A DNA stretch of 64,000 bases from Microgenomates group bacterium Gr01-1014_5. Lineage in GTDB: Bacteria > Patescibacteriota > Microgenomatia > UBA8517 > UBA10165. Numbering within the stretch: the first letter of the stretch is position 1; each line of letters opens with the position of its first letter. Location: the NCBI GenBank assembly GCA_007376395.1, contig VMGE01000001.1, positions 89,635 through 153,634 on the forward strand. Direction: 5' to 3'. Shown here piece after piece: positions 55,550 to 64,000 of the stretch. The notes beneath the pieces are model-generated. The model was given only the letters and a program-made list of their open reading frames with translations. It did not search any database and was not told where the DNA came from. A program made the position numbers and the translations under genes.

Positions 55550-56819
55550 CCTCTACTCTTACTTGAGCTGTTGTGTCCCTGTCGCGGATTGTGACTGTAT
55601 TATCTTCTAGGGTTTTGTAATCGACAGTAATACACCAAGGCGTTCCGATTTCGTCTTGGGCATAATACCTTTTACCAATATTGCCTCTATCATCCCAATC
55701 AGCTGAAAAATTAGATTTTAGAGAGTCGTAAACTTCTCGAGCTTTATTTACTACGTCTTCTTTGTTTCCTACGAGAGGGAACACGGCAACTTTATATGGA
55801 GCGAGTTTTGGAGAAAGTTTCAAATACACCCTGTCTCCGTCTTCGGTATAAGAGTCTAGCAGTAGAAAAAGGAAAGAGCGGTCAACTCCGGCAGAAGTTT
55901 CTATATCCCAAGGAATATATTTTTCTCCAGTTTCAGGATCTGTGTAATTCATATCCTGTCCTGAATATAGCTCATGACGTGCTAAATCCCAATCTCCCCT
56001 GTGATGAATCCCCATAAATTCGTCCCAACCCCAAGGGGCGTTATATTCTATGTCTGTAGCAGCCCTTGCATAATGAGCACGCTTGTCTGGTTCATGATCG
56101 CGAAATCTGAGATTTTCTTTCTTAAGTCCTAAAGATAAATACCAATCCATTCTGTTTTGCTTCCAATATTCAAACCATTTTTCACCTTCTTTTTCATCAG
56201 GCTTAATATAAAACTGGGTCTCCATTTGCTCAAATTCTCGGGATCTGAAAATAAAATTTCCAGGAGTTATTTCGTTTCGAAAAGCTTTTCCCATTTGTGC
56301 AACTCCAAAAGGAACTCTTACTCTGGTTGAATCTAAAACGTTTTTGAAATTAACATGAACACCGTTGGTTATCTCTCCGCGCAGATACAATTCTGATTGT
56401 TTATCTTCTAGTACTCCCAAATAAGCTTTTACCAGAAGGTTGAATGTTTGTGGCTCAGTCCACTCAACTTTTTCACCTTTGTGAAAGTTCTCGTGTTCCT
56501 TAATTTCTTCTTCTTTGTCAGATCTAAATCTTTTGTGGCAAAGTTTACATTCGACGAGAGGATCGGCAAAAGCTTCTGTATGTCCCGAAGCCTCCCATGC
56601 ACGAGGATTCATCATGATTGCTGCGTCCATACCCACCATATCGTCTCTCATTTGGACAACATCTTTCCACCACAAATCTTTTAAGTTTTTCTTTAAAAGG
56701 GAGCCTGTCGGACCATAGTCCCATGTACCAGCAAGACCACCATAAATTTCTGACCCCGGAAAAACAAATCCCCGGCGCTTGGCCAAGGAAACTATCTTTT
56801 GCATTTTGTCATCTGTCAT
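55512..56819 (-). CDS. glyQS: glycyl-tRNA synthetase (class II, alpha2 type)
   Basis: N-terminus RRGFVFPGSEIYGGLAGTWDYGPTGSLLKKNL... and class-II motifs; 435 aa. Confidence 0.9.
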   Translation of the reverse strand: MTDDKMQKIVSLAKRRGFVFPGSEIYGGLAGTWDYGPTGSLLKKNLKDLWWKDVVQMRDDMVGMDAAIMMNPRAWEASGHTEAFADPLVECKLCHKRFRSDKEEEIKEHENFHKGEKVEWTEPQTFNLLVKAYLGVLEDKQSELYLRGEITNGVHVNFKNVLDSTRVRVPFGVAQMGKAFRNEITPGNFIFRSREFEQMETQFYIKPDEKEGEKWFEYWKQNRMDWYLSLGLKKENLRFRDHEPDKRAHYARAATDIEYNAPWGWDEFMGIHHRGDWDLARHELYSGQDMNYTDPETGEKYIPWDIETSAGVDRSFLFLLLDSYTEDGDRVYLKLSPKLAPYKVAVFPLVGNKEDVVNKAREVYDSLKSNFSADWDDRGNIGKRYYAQDEIGTPWCITVDYKTLEDNTVTIRDRDTTAQVRVEVDKLSDWLQNKI

Positions 56820-56893
56820 ATTTTATTTTTGAGAATTCTTAACCTCTGTCCGCTTTTCTTTCCGTGTTTGCCACAGACATATTATACCCTACT

Positions 56894-57058
56894 TTATCCC
56901 CCTTCGAGAAACATCGAGAGCGTTAGCTCGTGCCTCTGAGCGAAGTGTTATTCGCTTCGGTCGTACGTCGCCAAAGGCTATGCCGACGGCGCGAGGGATT
57001 CTGCCTCCCTACGAAGTGTGGGGAGAAAATACCCTGACCGTCAGGTCACGGGAGCTTC
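56894..57058. repeat. structured repeat family R1, copy 2 (~165 nt) with a 33-nt internal hairpin insertion (56961..56993)
   Basis: Aligns with 21975..22103. Compensatory stem changes (cgaccgttaggtcg vs tgaccgtcaggtca), loop-only variation (agcgaagtctcgttcgct vs agcgaagtgttattcgct), and the extra hairpin CGTCG-ccaaaggctatgc-CGACG. Overlaps the last 4 codons of recO and lies upstream of the glyQS promoter. Confidence 0.7.
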
Positions 57059-57627
57059 GTTCCATTGGAAACAAACTCGTTAATTTGCGCAAGAAACTTA
57101 TTGGTTCTCAACTTTCCATCGATCAAATGCTCAATGTATGCGTCCAGATTTCCAGGTATCGGGCGACCTCGTTCTATAAAGCCAAGTTCTTCCAATATCC
57201 GTACTTTGAACGTTTGAACAAAAGGGTGAATTGCCCAATAATCTAGTTTACCGAGTCTTTCCAAGGCTTCGACTAACTCTTCAAACACTTCCCGGTTTTC
57301 CTGTTTTTCGGCAGTTAACCGGTTCACTATTTCTACTAAGTGGTACGCTATTGCAACCTTTGTTAAATCCTCCCGCCACGTATTAAAACTATTTTTTATC
57401 TCAACTTCCGTTACAATATCCATATTTCTCCCATAAGCTGCAAAAAAACGTACATAAGAAAAAAGCTCTAAAGCTCCTTTTTTGCGGGAAGTTGTTTTTC
57501 TAATTCCCTTGGCAATAACCCGTACCTTGCCGTAATGTTTGGTAAATATTGTTAAAAAACGATCTGCCTCTCCCTGGTTACGGCGTGCAAGAATTACTCC
57601 TTCGGTAGAATACGATCGATTTTTCAC
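57046..57627 (-). CDS. recO: DNA repair protein RecO (short form)
   Basis: N-terminal OB fold EGVILARRNQGEADRFLTIFTKHYGKVRVIAKGIRK; 193 aa. Confidence 0.7.
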   Translation of the reverse strand: MKNRSYSTEGVILARRNQGEADRFLTIFTKHYGKVRVIAKGIRKTTSRKKGALELFSYVRFFAAYGRNMDIVTEVEIKNSFNTWREDLTKVAIAYHLVEIVNRLTAEKQENREVFEELVEALERLGKLDYWAIHPFVQTFKVRILEELGFIERGRPIPGNLDAYIEHLIDGKLRTNKFLAQINEFVSNGTKLP

Positions 57628-57650
57628 AAGTAATTTTACTACAAGAAGGG

Positions 57651-59732
57651 TTAGTGGCGAATTTCGCGGTCGGACTTGAGATAAAATTCTTCACTTGTGC
57701 CATCTATATCAACGTTGTAAAGATGGCCGTCTGTTCCTGGTTGTTTTTGAATTAGTAATTTGTATCCATCTTTGCTTTTAACCGGAGTTGTGTATTTAAA
57801 AGTTAACTCAATAACTCCCAAGGGCCGCAATGTAAAGAATCCTTCAAAATAAGTTTTTCCCAGCTCCTCTTTGGTCTCAATTGGAACTTCAGAACCGGTT
57901 GAATCAACCAACTTTGATCCTTTGGGTACATAGACTCGCACCCAATCACGGTATGGTCCGTTAAGCCACCCGTCGTGTTTTTGCGGGTTTTTATATTTAA
58001 CTCTTAAAGTATTTGTCGTGCCGTCACGATTAGTATCTATACTTAGAGTAACTTCCTCCTGAACATAAAGGTTTGACTTAGCGCCAGCAAAATTAGTGTC
58101 GTTAATATGTAAATAATCTCCGTCAAATTCTTCAACTCGCCCTGCAAGATTAAACGACTCCATGGCGGATTGAACCTCTCCGTCACCAAAATAGAAAAGT
58201 ACGTGTTTTTCCGTTAAAGCATTAAAACCCGCTTGAAACAGCTCAGGAATTTTTTCCTTTGGCTGACCCAAGGCATTAGCAATCAATGAATTCATCAAAG
58301 GGCCCAAGATTGCTTTTCTGTTATCTGAGTTCTTGGGTTTTAAGATGATCTTTCCACCTAAATCATCAGCCCAAATAATAGGACCTTCAACATCAGCAAA
58401 CGACTCTAGCTCGTAGATGACTACGGGGCAGTTACAGCGAGGATCCTCATCTGAAGAAAAATTACCAAACCCAGGAACGCCAATTCTGCCGATAACCTTC
58501 AAGATGTCAACGGCTAATTTAGTGTCAATTGCGATAATACCGTCAACCTTTGGAGATTTTGTTTTGTCGTAATTCTCGCGGAAAGTATCCATAGAAACCT
58601 TAAAATCAGGAGAAATGTTCATATCGCGAAGATTCCAGTATGGTACTAAAGGAAGGTATTTTTTAATCCCTCCTGGAGCAGGAATTTTACTTTTCAGCTT
58701 GTTGTCCAGGTTGTAAATATCATTTGAGGCAACCGGATCAAATTTACCGTTCTTAACTTTTACAATAGAATATCCGGTGATAAAGCCGCCTGTTGGGCGA
58801 AGTTCTTTGTCGTTTTGGAAAATCATTAAATATGTCCTCTCTCCTTTAGTTCCGAGAAGATAAGGGGCTTGCGCAAGAACAGGTTTACCGTCTGTAATTA
58901 AATTATGAGCTTGCTGAACCAGTTGAATTCCGCGTTTTATAGGTTCACGGACGGGCTTTCCTTTTAGTGTTTCAGGGTAGCGTTTTGGATCAATTTTGGC
59001 AAAATGTTCATTCATTATTGCCGTCTTTTGGCTGACTTTATCAAGTTGAGGTATAACCCCTTCTATGGATTCGACTATAAAATTAATTCTGTCTTCGGCA
59101 GTCTTTGCGCCATCCTCTGATTGCTTACCTTTGTTAAAACCTAATATATCTGAATAGGGCTCAATTGCTTTCAACAAAACTTCTCCAGCCTCGACACCTG
59201 CAATTGCGCCTTCTGCGGCATTGTTTGCGTCAGACCAGTAACCACCCAAAAACGGAATAGGTTTCACCCAAATCAAAGGAAGCAGGCTTCTGTCAAAACC
59301 CGTAAGATCTGTCTTTAATTTAGCGAGAGAAACGTTTATTTTATCCAAGTCTTGTGAATCTGCTGCCGCCTTAAGTTCCAAGCCTGAAGCCTGAAGATTT
59401 TTCGCCGAATTAACAATTGCAAATAATGGAACGCCTATCGCCAGAGCCAGAATAGCCAACACCACCAAAACTCCCCCGCCCGCAAATCCTAATTTCTTTC
59501 CCCTAATTTTAGGAAACGAGAAATTGAACCGGCCTGGTGGTTTTTGTTCAGGAAACGCTTGAAACCCTGCATCGCGCGCTTCGGGCGTTACAACGTTAGT
59601 TGGTACTACAACCTTAGTTGGTACTATTTGGTTGAGATTATTTTCTTTTGGCGTTAAGTCTTTCATAACTTTAGTTGGTACTATAACGTTAGTTGGCACT
59701 AAACAGCACCTCTTCCAGAAATCATCGCCCAA
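57651..59732 (-). CDS. large membrane-anchored extracytoplasmic protein, possibly DUF4012 family
   Basis: TM LGFAGGGVLVVLAILALAIGVPLFAIV then a roughly 600-aa ectodomain, next to a polyprenyl-phosphate sugar transferase. The N-terminal VPTNV/VPTKV repeats are encoded by DNA repeats, so the true start is probably an internal Met. Confidence 0.4.
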   Translation of the reverse strand: MGDDFWKRCCLVPTNVIVPTKVMKDLTPKENNLNQIVPTKVVVPTNVVTPEARDAGFQAFPEQKPPGRFNFSFPKIRGKKLGFAGGGVLVVLAILALAIGVPLFAIVNSAKNLQASGLELKAAADSQDLDKINVSLAKLKTDLTGFDRSLLPLIWVKPIPFLGGYWSDANNAAEGAIAGVEAGEVLLKAIEPYSDILGFNKGKQSEDGAKTAEDRINFIVESIEGVIPQLDKVSQKTAIMNEHFAKIDPKRYPETLKGKPVREPIKRGIQLVQQAHNLITDGKPVLAQAPYLLGTKGERTYLMIFQNDKELRPTGGFITGYSIVKVKNGKFDPVASNDIYNLDNKLKSKIPAPGGIKKYLPLVPYWNLRDMNISPDFKVSMDTFRENYDKTKSPKVDGIIAIDTKLAVDILKVIGRIGVPGFGNFSSDEDPRCNCPVVIYELESFADVEGPIIWADDLGGKIILKPKNSDNRKAILGPLMNSLIANALGQPKEKIPELFQAGFNALTEKHVLFYFGDGEVQSAMESFNLAGRVEEFDGDYLHINDTNFAGAKSNLYVQEEVTLSIDTNRDGTTNTLRVKYKNPQKHDGWLNGPYRDWVRVYVPKGSKLVDSTGSEVPIETKEELGKTYFEGFFTLRPLGVIELTFKYTTPVKSKDGYKLLIQKQPGTDGHLYNVDIDGTSEEFYLKSDREIRH

Positions 59733-60340
59733 GGGGTTTTGATGAGGATTGTTAAATCCATCCAGAAATTTTTGTTCTTAGAATAATATGCATCAAGTGC
59801 TATACGTTTGTCAAAATTTATATTCGAACGACCGGAAACTTGCCACATCCCGGTAATTCCCGGCTTAGCTGATAAAACGTCTTCTATATATTTCTTTGTT
59901 TGAGGATATTTTTCTTGTTGTTCAGCTAGCTCATCGGCATAATACGGCCTTGGTCCGATAAGAGCCATCTCCCCTTTAATTACGTTTAAAAGTTGGGGCA
60001 TTTCGTCCACAGAAAACCTGCGAATTAGTTGCCCGCCGTATATAAGACGCGGGTCGTCATGAAGTTTATAACTACCTTTTTTATACTGCTCATAGAGTTT
60101 TTTTAACTTTGGGTCAGTACGCATTAATTCGTGCGCGTTGGGAATCATTGAACGGAATTTATAGGCATAGAAGAGCGAGCCATTCTTTCCTACCCTTTTT
60201 GGAGTATCGGCAAAGACTGGCCCTTCCGAAGAAATAAGTTTTATCCACAAGACAGTCAATACCATTACCGGCCAAAAAAGTAGCAACAGAAATATAGAAA
60301 ATCCAGTTTCAAAAATTCTTTTAAACAAGTCGTAATTCAT
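59699..60340 (-). CDS. polyprenyl-phosphate glycosylphosphotransferase (bacterial sugar transferase, WbaP/WcaJ C-terminal-domain type)
   Basis: KFRSM and PGITGMWQVSGRS motifs; single N-terminal TM; 213 aa. Confidence 0.85.
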   Translation of the reverse strand: MNYDLFKRIFETGFSIFLLLLFWPVMVLTVLWIKLISSEGPVFADTPKRVGKNGSLFYAYKFRSMIPNAHELMRTDPKLKKLYEQYKKGSYKLHDDPRLIYGGQLIRRFSVDEMPQLLNVIKGEMALIGPRPYYADELAEQQEKYPQTKKYIEDVLSAKPGITGMWQVSGRSNINFDKRIALDAYYSKNKNFWMDLTILIKTPWAMISGRGAV

Positions 60341-61458
60341 TGGGCAATTAAATCTTTTGTTAGTTTACCAAAATCCATAAGAAATTTCTCTTTCGTAAAA
60401 CGCAGAGCGCTGGCAATACAATCTTCTCTCTTAAAATTTGCAGGGTCAAAACTCATTAAAGCCTCTTTCAGCGAATTAACAGTTCGCGAATCAAAAAAAA
60501 TTCCAGTCTTGTTCTCAATAACCGTTTCTAAAGCTCCCCCTGCATGGTAGGCGATAACAGGTTTTCCTGCGGCTTGCGCCTCTACCGCTACAATCCCGAA
60601 ATCTTCGCTTTGAGGAAAAATTAGGGCTTTTGCGCCTTGGTAATAAAATGGCAGGTCTTGTTCAGTGACTGCGCCGGTAAAATATATATTTTTCCCTGCC
60701 TTATTTTGTAATCTTTTCTGTTCACTTCCGGTACCAATAACGACCAATGGCCACTTTAATTGATTAAAGGCTTCGATAACTAAATCCGTTTTTTTATAAG
60801 GAACCAGACGTCCAACAACAAGGAAGTACCGACCCCAAGCTATACCGTTTTTCTCCAGTTTCGATTTCACTCTCCAATTAGTAATCTTTTTTGAATAGCG
60901 ATCCGTGTCTACCGGTGGGTAAATCACTTCGCTTTTTATACCGTAATACTCACGAGTCCGCCTGAATACTTCCTGGGAAATACTGATAATTTTATCAGGT
61001 CGATGTGCAGCCATTAAATCCCATGAACGCAAGTAAGAAACTATTGGACGGGAGGCAAGCCTCTTTAAACTGTTGTTGAAATACTCGCTATAACCACTCC
61101 AAAGATAGCGTGTCGGAGTTAAAAGATAACAGAGGTGGTATGTACCGGGGCCGGTAATAATTCCTTTTGCCGCCTCTGAAGTAACAGAAATTACTAATTG
61201 ATAATTAGAAAAATCAAAAGTTTCAAAGGCTATGGGCATTAAAAATGGAAACAGCTCGTGCCTCTTGGCGGCGCCAGGAATCTTTTGTAAAAACGAAGAG
61301 TAGATTTGCCTAAACACCCGGGTCCAGGGAGCAGTATTTGAATTGAAGACAGATGTGTAGAGAGGAGCCTCTGGAAATAGTTCATGGAGGGCAAGTAATA
61401 CTCTTTCTGCACCTCCCCATTTATTAACGCGATCGTAAACTAAAGCAACTTTCATCAA
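60337..61458 (-). CDS. family-4 (GT-B) glycosyltransferase
   Basis: 373 aa. C-terminal nucleotide-sugar-binding region (PQSEDFGIVAVEAQAAGKPVIA). Confidence 0.75.
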   Translation of the reverse strand: MMKVALVYDRVNKWGGAERVLLALHELFPEAPLYTSVFNSNTAPWTRVFRQIYSSFLQKIPGAAKRHELFPFLMPIAFETFDFSNYQLVISVTSEAAKGIITGPGTYHLCYLLTPTRYLWSGYSEYFNNSLKRLASRPIVSYLRSWDLMAAHRPDKIISISQEVFRRTREYYGIKSEVIYPPVDTDRYSKKITNWRVKSKLEKNGIAWGRYFLVVGRLVPYKKTDLVIEAFNQLKWPLVVIGTGSEQKRLQNKAGKNIYFTGAVTEQDLPFYYQGAKALIFPQSEDFGIVAVEAQAAGKPVIAYHAGGALETVIENKTGIFFDSRTVNSLKEALMSFDPANFKREDCIASALRFTKEKFLMDFGKLTKDLIAQ

Positions 61459-62573
61459 TTTTGTCGTAGGGAGTTGTAAACCGTCAACGTCTCCTTAGCC
61501 ATTTTTTCCCAAGAAAACTTTTTAACTCTTTCCTTCCCTTTCCTGATAAGAAGTTTGGGCAAACTCTCTCCACTAATTATTTGCCTTATCTTTGCGGCTA
61601 TGTCTATTTCACTTCTAGGGTTAAAATAAACAGCCGCGTCGCCATAAATTTCTTTTAATACCGGTATGTCTGATGCCATTACAGGTGTACCATATGCCAT
61701 CGCCTCAAGACCTGGTAAACCAAAACCTTCGGAAAGGCTAGGAAAAATATATCCTTGGGACGCTTTGTAAAGCGTAGCCAAATCTTTATCCGGAATATAC
61801 CCTACCATTTTGACTAAATTATCAGCTTTAATCTCTTTTAAGAAAGTCTCAAATCTCTTCATAAAAACATTCCGCGCTGAAACTATAACAAGTAAAGGAG
61901 AAGGTTGAACGAGTGTTTTTAAAGCACGTGCGACAATTTCAACGTTTTTGTGGGGATACAAACTACCTACATATAATATATATGGCTTTTTTATTCCATA
62001 CTTTAAGAGAGTATCTTTTTTAAAATTTATATTCAATTTTTGGAGGGTTGCGCCCTCGTAGGTCACAACCACTTTACCTGGTTGAAGTGAAAACCTATGT
62101 ATTAAATCCTTTTTAATCGTATTGGAAGGAACTATTATTTTAACAGCCCTCGAGACAGTTTTTTTAACCACAGAGCGATAAGCGATGTATTTAAAATAGT
62201 AAGCAGGTGCGGATAAAGTAGTAACACCCAAACCTTTAATTTCGTGCCACGTAAGGTCGTGTATAGTAGTTACGAATTTTCCTTTATATAAAACAGGGAC
62301 GTTAAAATGCGGCGCATGTAAAAGATCAAGGTTTTCGCGTGCTAGAATCCTTGGCAATTTTAATTGTTCTGCAAACGTATAGTGTTTTATATCAGCCAAC
62401 ACTTTCCTAAAATTTCTTCCCGAGGGTATATTGGCAAAATCAGTTGTTCTGCAAAAAAGCACGTAATCATTCTTTTTGTCTAGTTTTTGTAAATTTTGGA
62501 CTAACTCTTGGGTATAGCGACCAATTCCTCCATGTCTTACTCCCCAAATACGGCAATCAATACCGATTCTCAT
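61455..62573 (-). CDS. family-4 (GT-B) glycosyltransferase
   Basis: EGFGLPGLEAMAYGTPVMASD (E-x7-E motif); 372 aa. Confidence 0.8.
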   Translation of the reverse strand: MRIGIDCRIWGVRHGGIGRYTQELVQNLQKLDKKNDYVLFCRTTDFANIPSGRNFRKVLADIKHYTFAEQLKLPRILARENLDLLHAPHFNVPVLYKGKFVTTIHDLTWHEIKGLGVTTLSAPAYYFKYIAYRSVVKKTVSRAVKIIVPSNTIKKDLIHRFSLQPGKVVVTYEGATLQKLNINFKKDTLLKYGIKKPYILYVGSLYPHKNVEIVARALKTLVQPSPLLVIVSARNVFMKRFETFLKEIKADNLVKMVGYIPDKDLATLYKASQGYIFPSLSEGFGLPGLEAMAYGTPVMASDIPVLKEIYGDAAVYFNPRSEIDIAAKIRQIISGESLPKLLIRKGKERVKKFSWEKMAKETLTVYNSLRQN

Positions 62574-62575
62574 TT

Positions 62576-63493
62576 TTATATCGACCCCTTTCTTCTTCTT
62601 AAAAAATTTAAAACATCTACGCCGAACAAAACTCCCAAATTCAATAAGTATGGGTATTTCTTTTGGTAATGTTTCTTATAAAATATTTTCATCGCTTCTG
62701 TTGAGGCTTTTAAAGCTCTGAGTCTGGTTTTCTCGCTGGCTAGAGATAAATTACTAGAATGTTTTTTTATTCCAGAAGAAATACCATGATAATGCAGCAC
62801 TGAAATCTCCGGCAAAAACATCACTTTCCAACCTTTTTCTTTGAGACGATAACAAAAATCTATATCCTCTCCAAATAAAAAATAATCATCATCCCACCAA
62901 CCTACTTGTTCGGCAGCCTCTCTTCTAATAAAAAAGAAACCCCCAGAAATTGCGTCGACCTCGTGTGGTTTATCGTTATCAAGCAGCCATCCTTTTGTAT
63001 AGCCGGAAAACAACTTACTTTTTGGAAAGAGTTTTTGCAGACCGGAAAAATAGGTAAAAGAATTCCATGGCGTTGGAAAACCTCTATGTGACGCAGAGGT
63101 TAATGTTCCATCAGGAAGATCTAGTCTAGGACAGCATACACCGACCGCAGGATTATTTTCCATGAATTTATATATCGTTTTTATAGTATCTTTTTGAACA
63201 CAAGTGTCAGGGTTTAAAAAAAGTACGTACTTACCTGAAGTTTCTTTTACCCCTATATTATTACCTTTTGAAAATCCATAATTGTCGGTATTAAGAATAT
63301 ATTTAAATTTGAATTCAGAAATTTTAGTTTTTTTAAGTATTTCTTGAGATCCGTCACTCGAATTATTATCAACTACAAGCACTTCTATTGTTAAGTTTAG
63401 CAAATGAGATTTTTTAATTGAGTTTAAGCAGTTAAGTAAATAACTACTTGAATTAAAATTTAAGACGACAATACTCAAGTCAAAATTTGTCAT
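62576..63493 (-). CDS. family-2 glycosyltransferase
   Basis: IVVLNFNSSSYL...VDNNSSDGS, GT-A DxD region; 305 aa. Confidence 0.8.
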   Translation of the reverse strand: MTNFDLSIVVLNFNSSSYLLNCLNSIKKSHLLNLTIEVLVVDNNSSDGSQEILKKTKISEFKFKYILNTDNYGFSKGNNIGVKETSGKYVLFLNPDTCVQKDTIKTIYKFMENNPAVGVCCPRLDLPDGTLTSASHRGFPTPWNSFTYFSGLQKLFPKSKLFSGYTKGWLLDNDKPHEVDAISGGFFFIRREAAEQVGWWDDDYFLFGEDIDFCYRLKEKGWKVMFLPEISVLHYHGISSGIKKHSSNLSLASEKTRLRALKASTEAMKIFYKKHYQKKYPYLLNLGVLFGVDVLNFLRRRKGSI

Positions 63494-64000
63494 TATTTAG
63501 ATGCAACTCTTTGGTAAATTTGATCTAATTTTTTTGCAATAACGTAATAAGTATAATTTTCGTTAACAAGAAGCCGGGCATTACGTGCTATTTTTTCATA
63601 AAGAACTTTATCAGTAAGTAATTTTATCGCCTTGTCTGCCATACCTTCAGGCGTATCAGCAATTAATACCGATTCGCCGTCTGTAGAGTTAATGCCCTCA
63701 ATCCCTATAGAAGTCGTTACTACGGGCAATTTAGCAGCCATTGCCCCTACAATCTTTACCCTCGCCCCGCTCGGACCATACAAGGGCGCAACCATAATTC
63801 CTGACGTGTGATATGCTCTCTTAACTCCTTCTATGTCGCTTATTTCTAAATTAACGATTTTCATATTCTTTGTTTTAAAATGACTTACCCTATCGGCATT
63901 TTGTCCCGAAATAATCAATTCGGCGTCCGGTATTTTTGCAAGTATTTTTGGAAATATTTTTCTTACTAAGATTTCTACTGCCTCTACATTTTGCAGCCAT
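63493..64000 (-). CDS. family-4 glycosyltransferase, C-terminal part; the gene continues past the right window edge
   Basis: The reading frame stays open to position 64000 (…WLQNVEAVEILVRKIFPKILAKIPDAELIISGQNADRV…PSGARVKIVGAMAAKLPVVTT…). The ORF-track 141-aa version begins at an internal TTG. Confidence 0.6.
   Translation of the reverse strand, partial: WLQNVEAVEILVRKIFPKILAKIPDAELIISGQNADRVSHFKTKNMKIVNLEISDIEGVKRAYHTSGIMVAPLYGPSGARVKIVGAMAAKLPVVTTSIGIEGINSTDGESVLIADTPEGMADKAIKLLTDKVLYEKIARNARLLVNENYTYYVIAKKLDQIYQRVASK

Overview
This 64 kb window looks like a small, low-GC genome of the Patescibacteria/CPR type. Almost all genes lie on the minus strand, many sit a few nucleotides apart or overlap, and SD motifs are weak. 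Evidence throughout is my own reading of the supplied ORF translations and the raw sequence; no searches or folding programs were run.

Core content, left to right:
- Glycolysis/gluconeogenesis: partial gpmI, eno, a PEP-synthase-like dikinase, a PGI/PMI-type isomerase and a HAD phosphatase.
- Replication and repair: holA-like, ruvC, yraN, dnaE, a PolX polymerase and recO.
- Translation: rplS, gatCAB (with an extra 107-aa gene between gatA and gatB), rpmA, rplU, ileS and a class-II glyRS.
- A complete division/cell-wall cluster in the order mraZ-rsmH-ftsL-ftsI-murA-mraY-ftsW-murG-ftsQ-ftsA-ftsZ.
- Two surface-polysaccharide loci: an O-antigen-ligase-like gene with a GT2, and a second locus with a DUF4012-like protein, a polyprenyl-phosphate sugar transferase and GT4/GT2 genes running off the right edge.
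- Four tRNAs: Asp-GTC, Gly-CCC, Thr-CGT and Val-CAC.

What stands out most:
1. tRNA-Gly is embedded between a tRNA-like 5' half (acceptor plus D-arm) and a tRNA-like 3' half (T-arm plus acceptor) that are mutually complementary.
2. A roughly 3.9 kb accessory segment between tRNA-Gly and tRNA-Thr carries a GNAT, a 59-aa Cys-rich protein with a perfect SD, an FNR-like reductase, a truncated IS1595-type transposase, and a three-gene minus-strand operon (NYN/LabA-like RNase, a 57-aa Lys-rich protein, a 199-aa unknown) that may be a toxin/defence module.
3. Two families of structured repeats, two copies each, sit at gene 3' ends and show compensatory stem changes (R1 at 21975 and 56894; R2 at 34711 and 54652).
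4. A gene encoding a wHTH plus Cas2-like protein is bracketed by two near-identical 14-bp-arm palindromes.
5. Three 17-bp tandem repeats fill the HAD/PGI junction.

No CRISPR array and no rRNA were seen.
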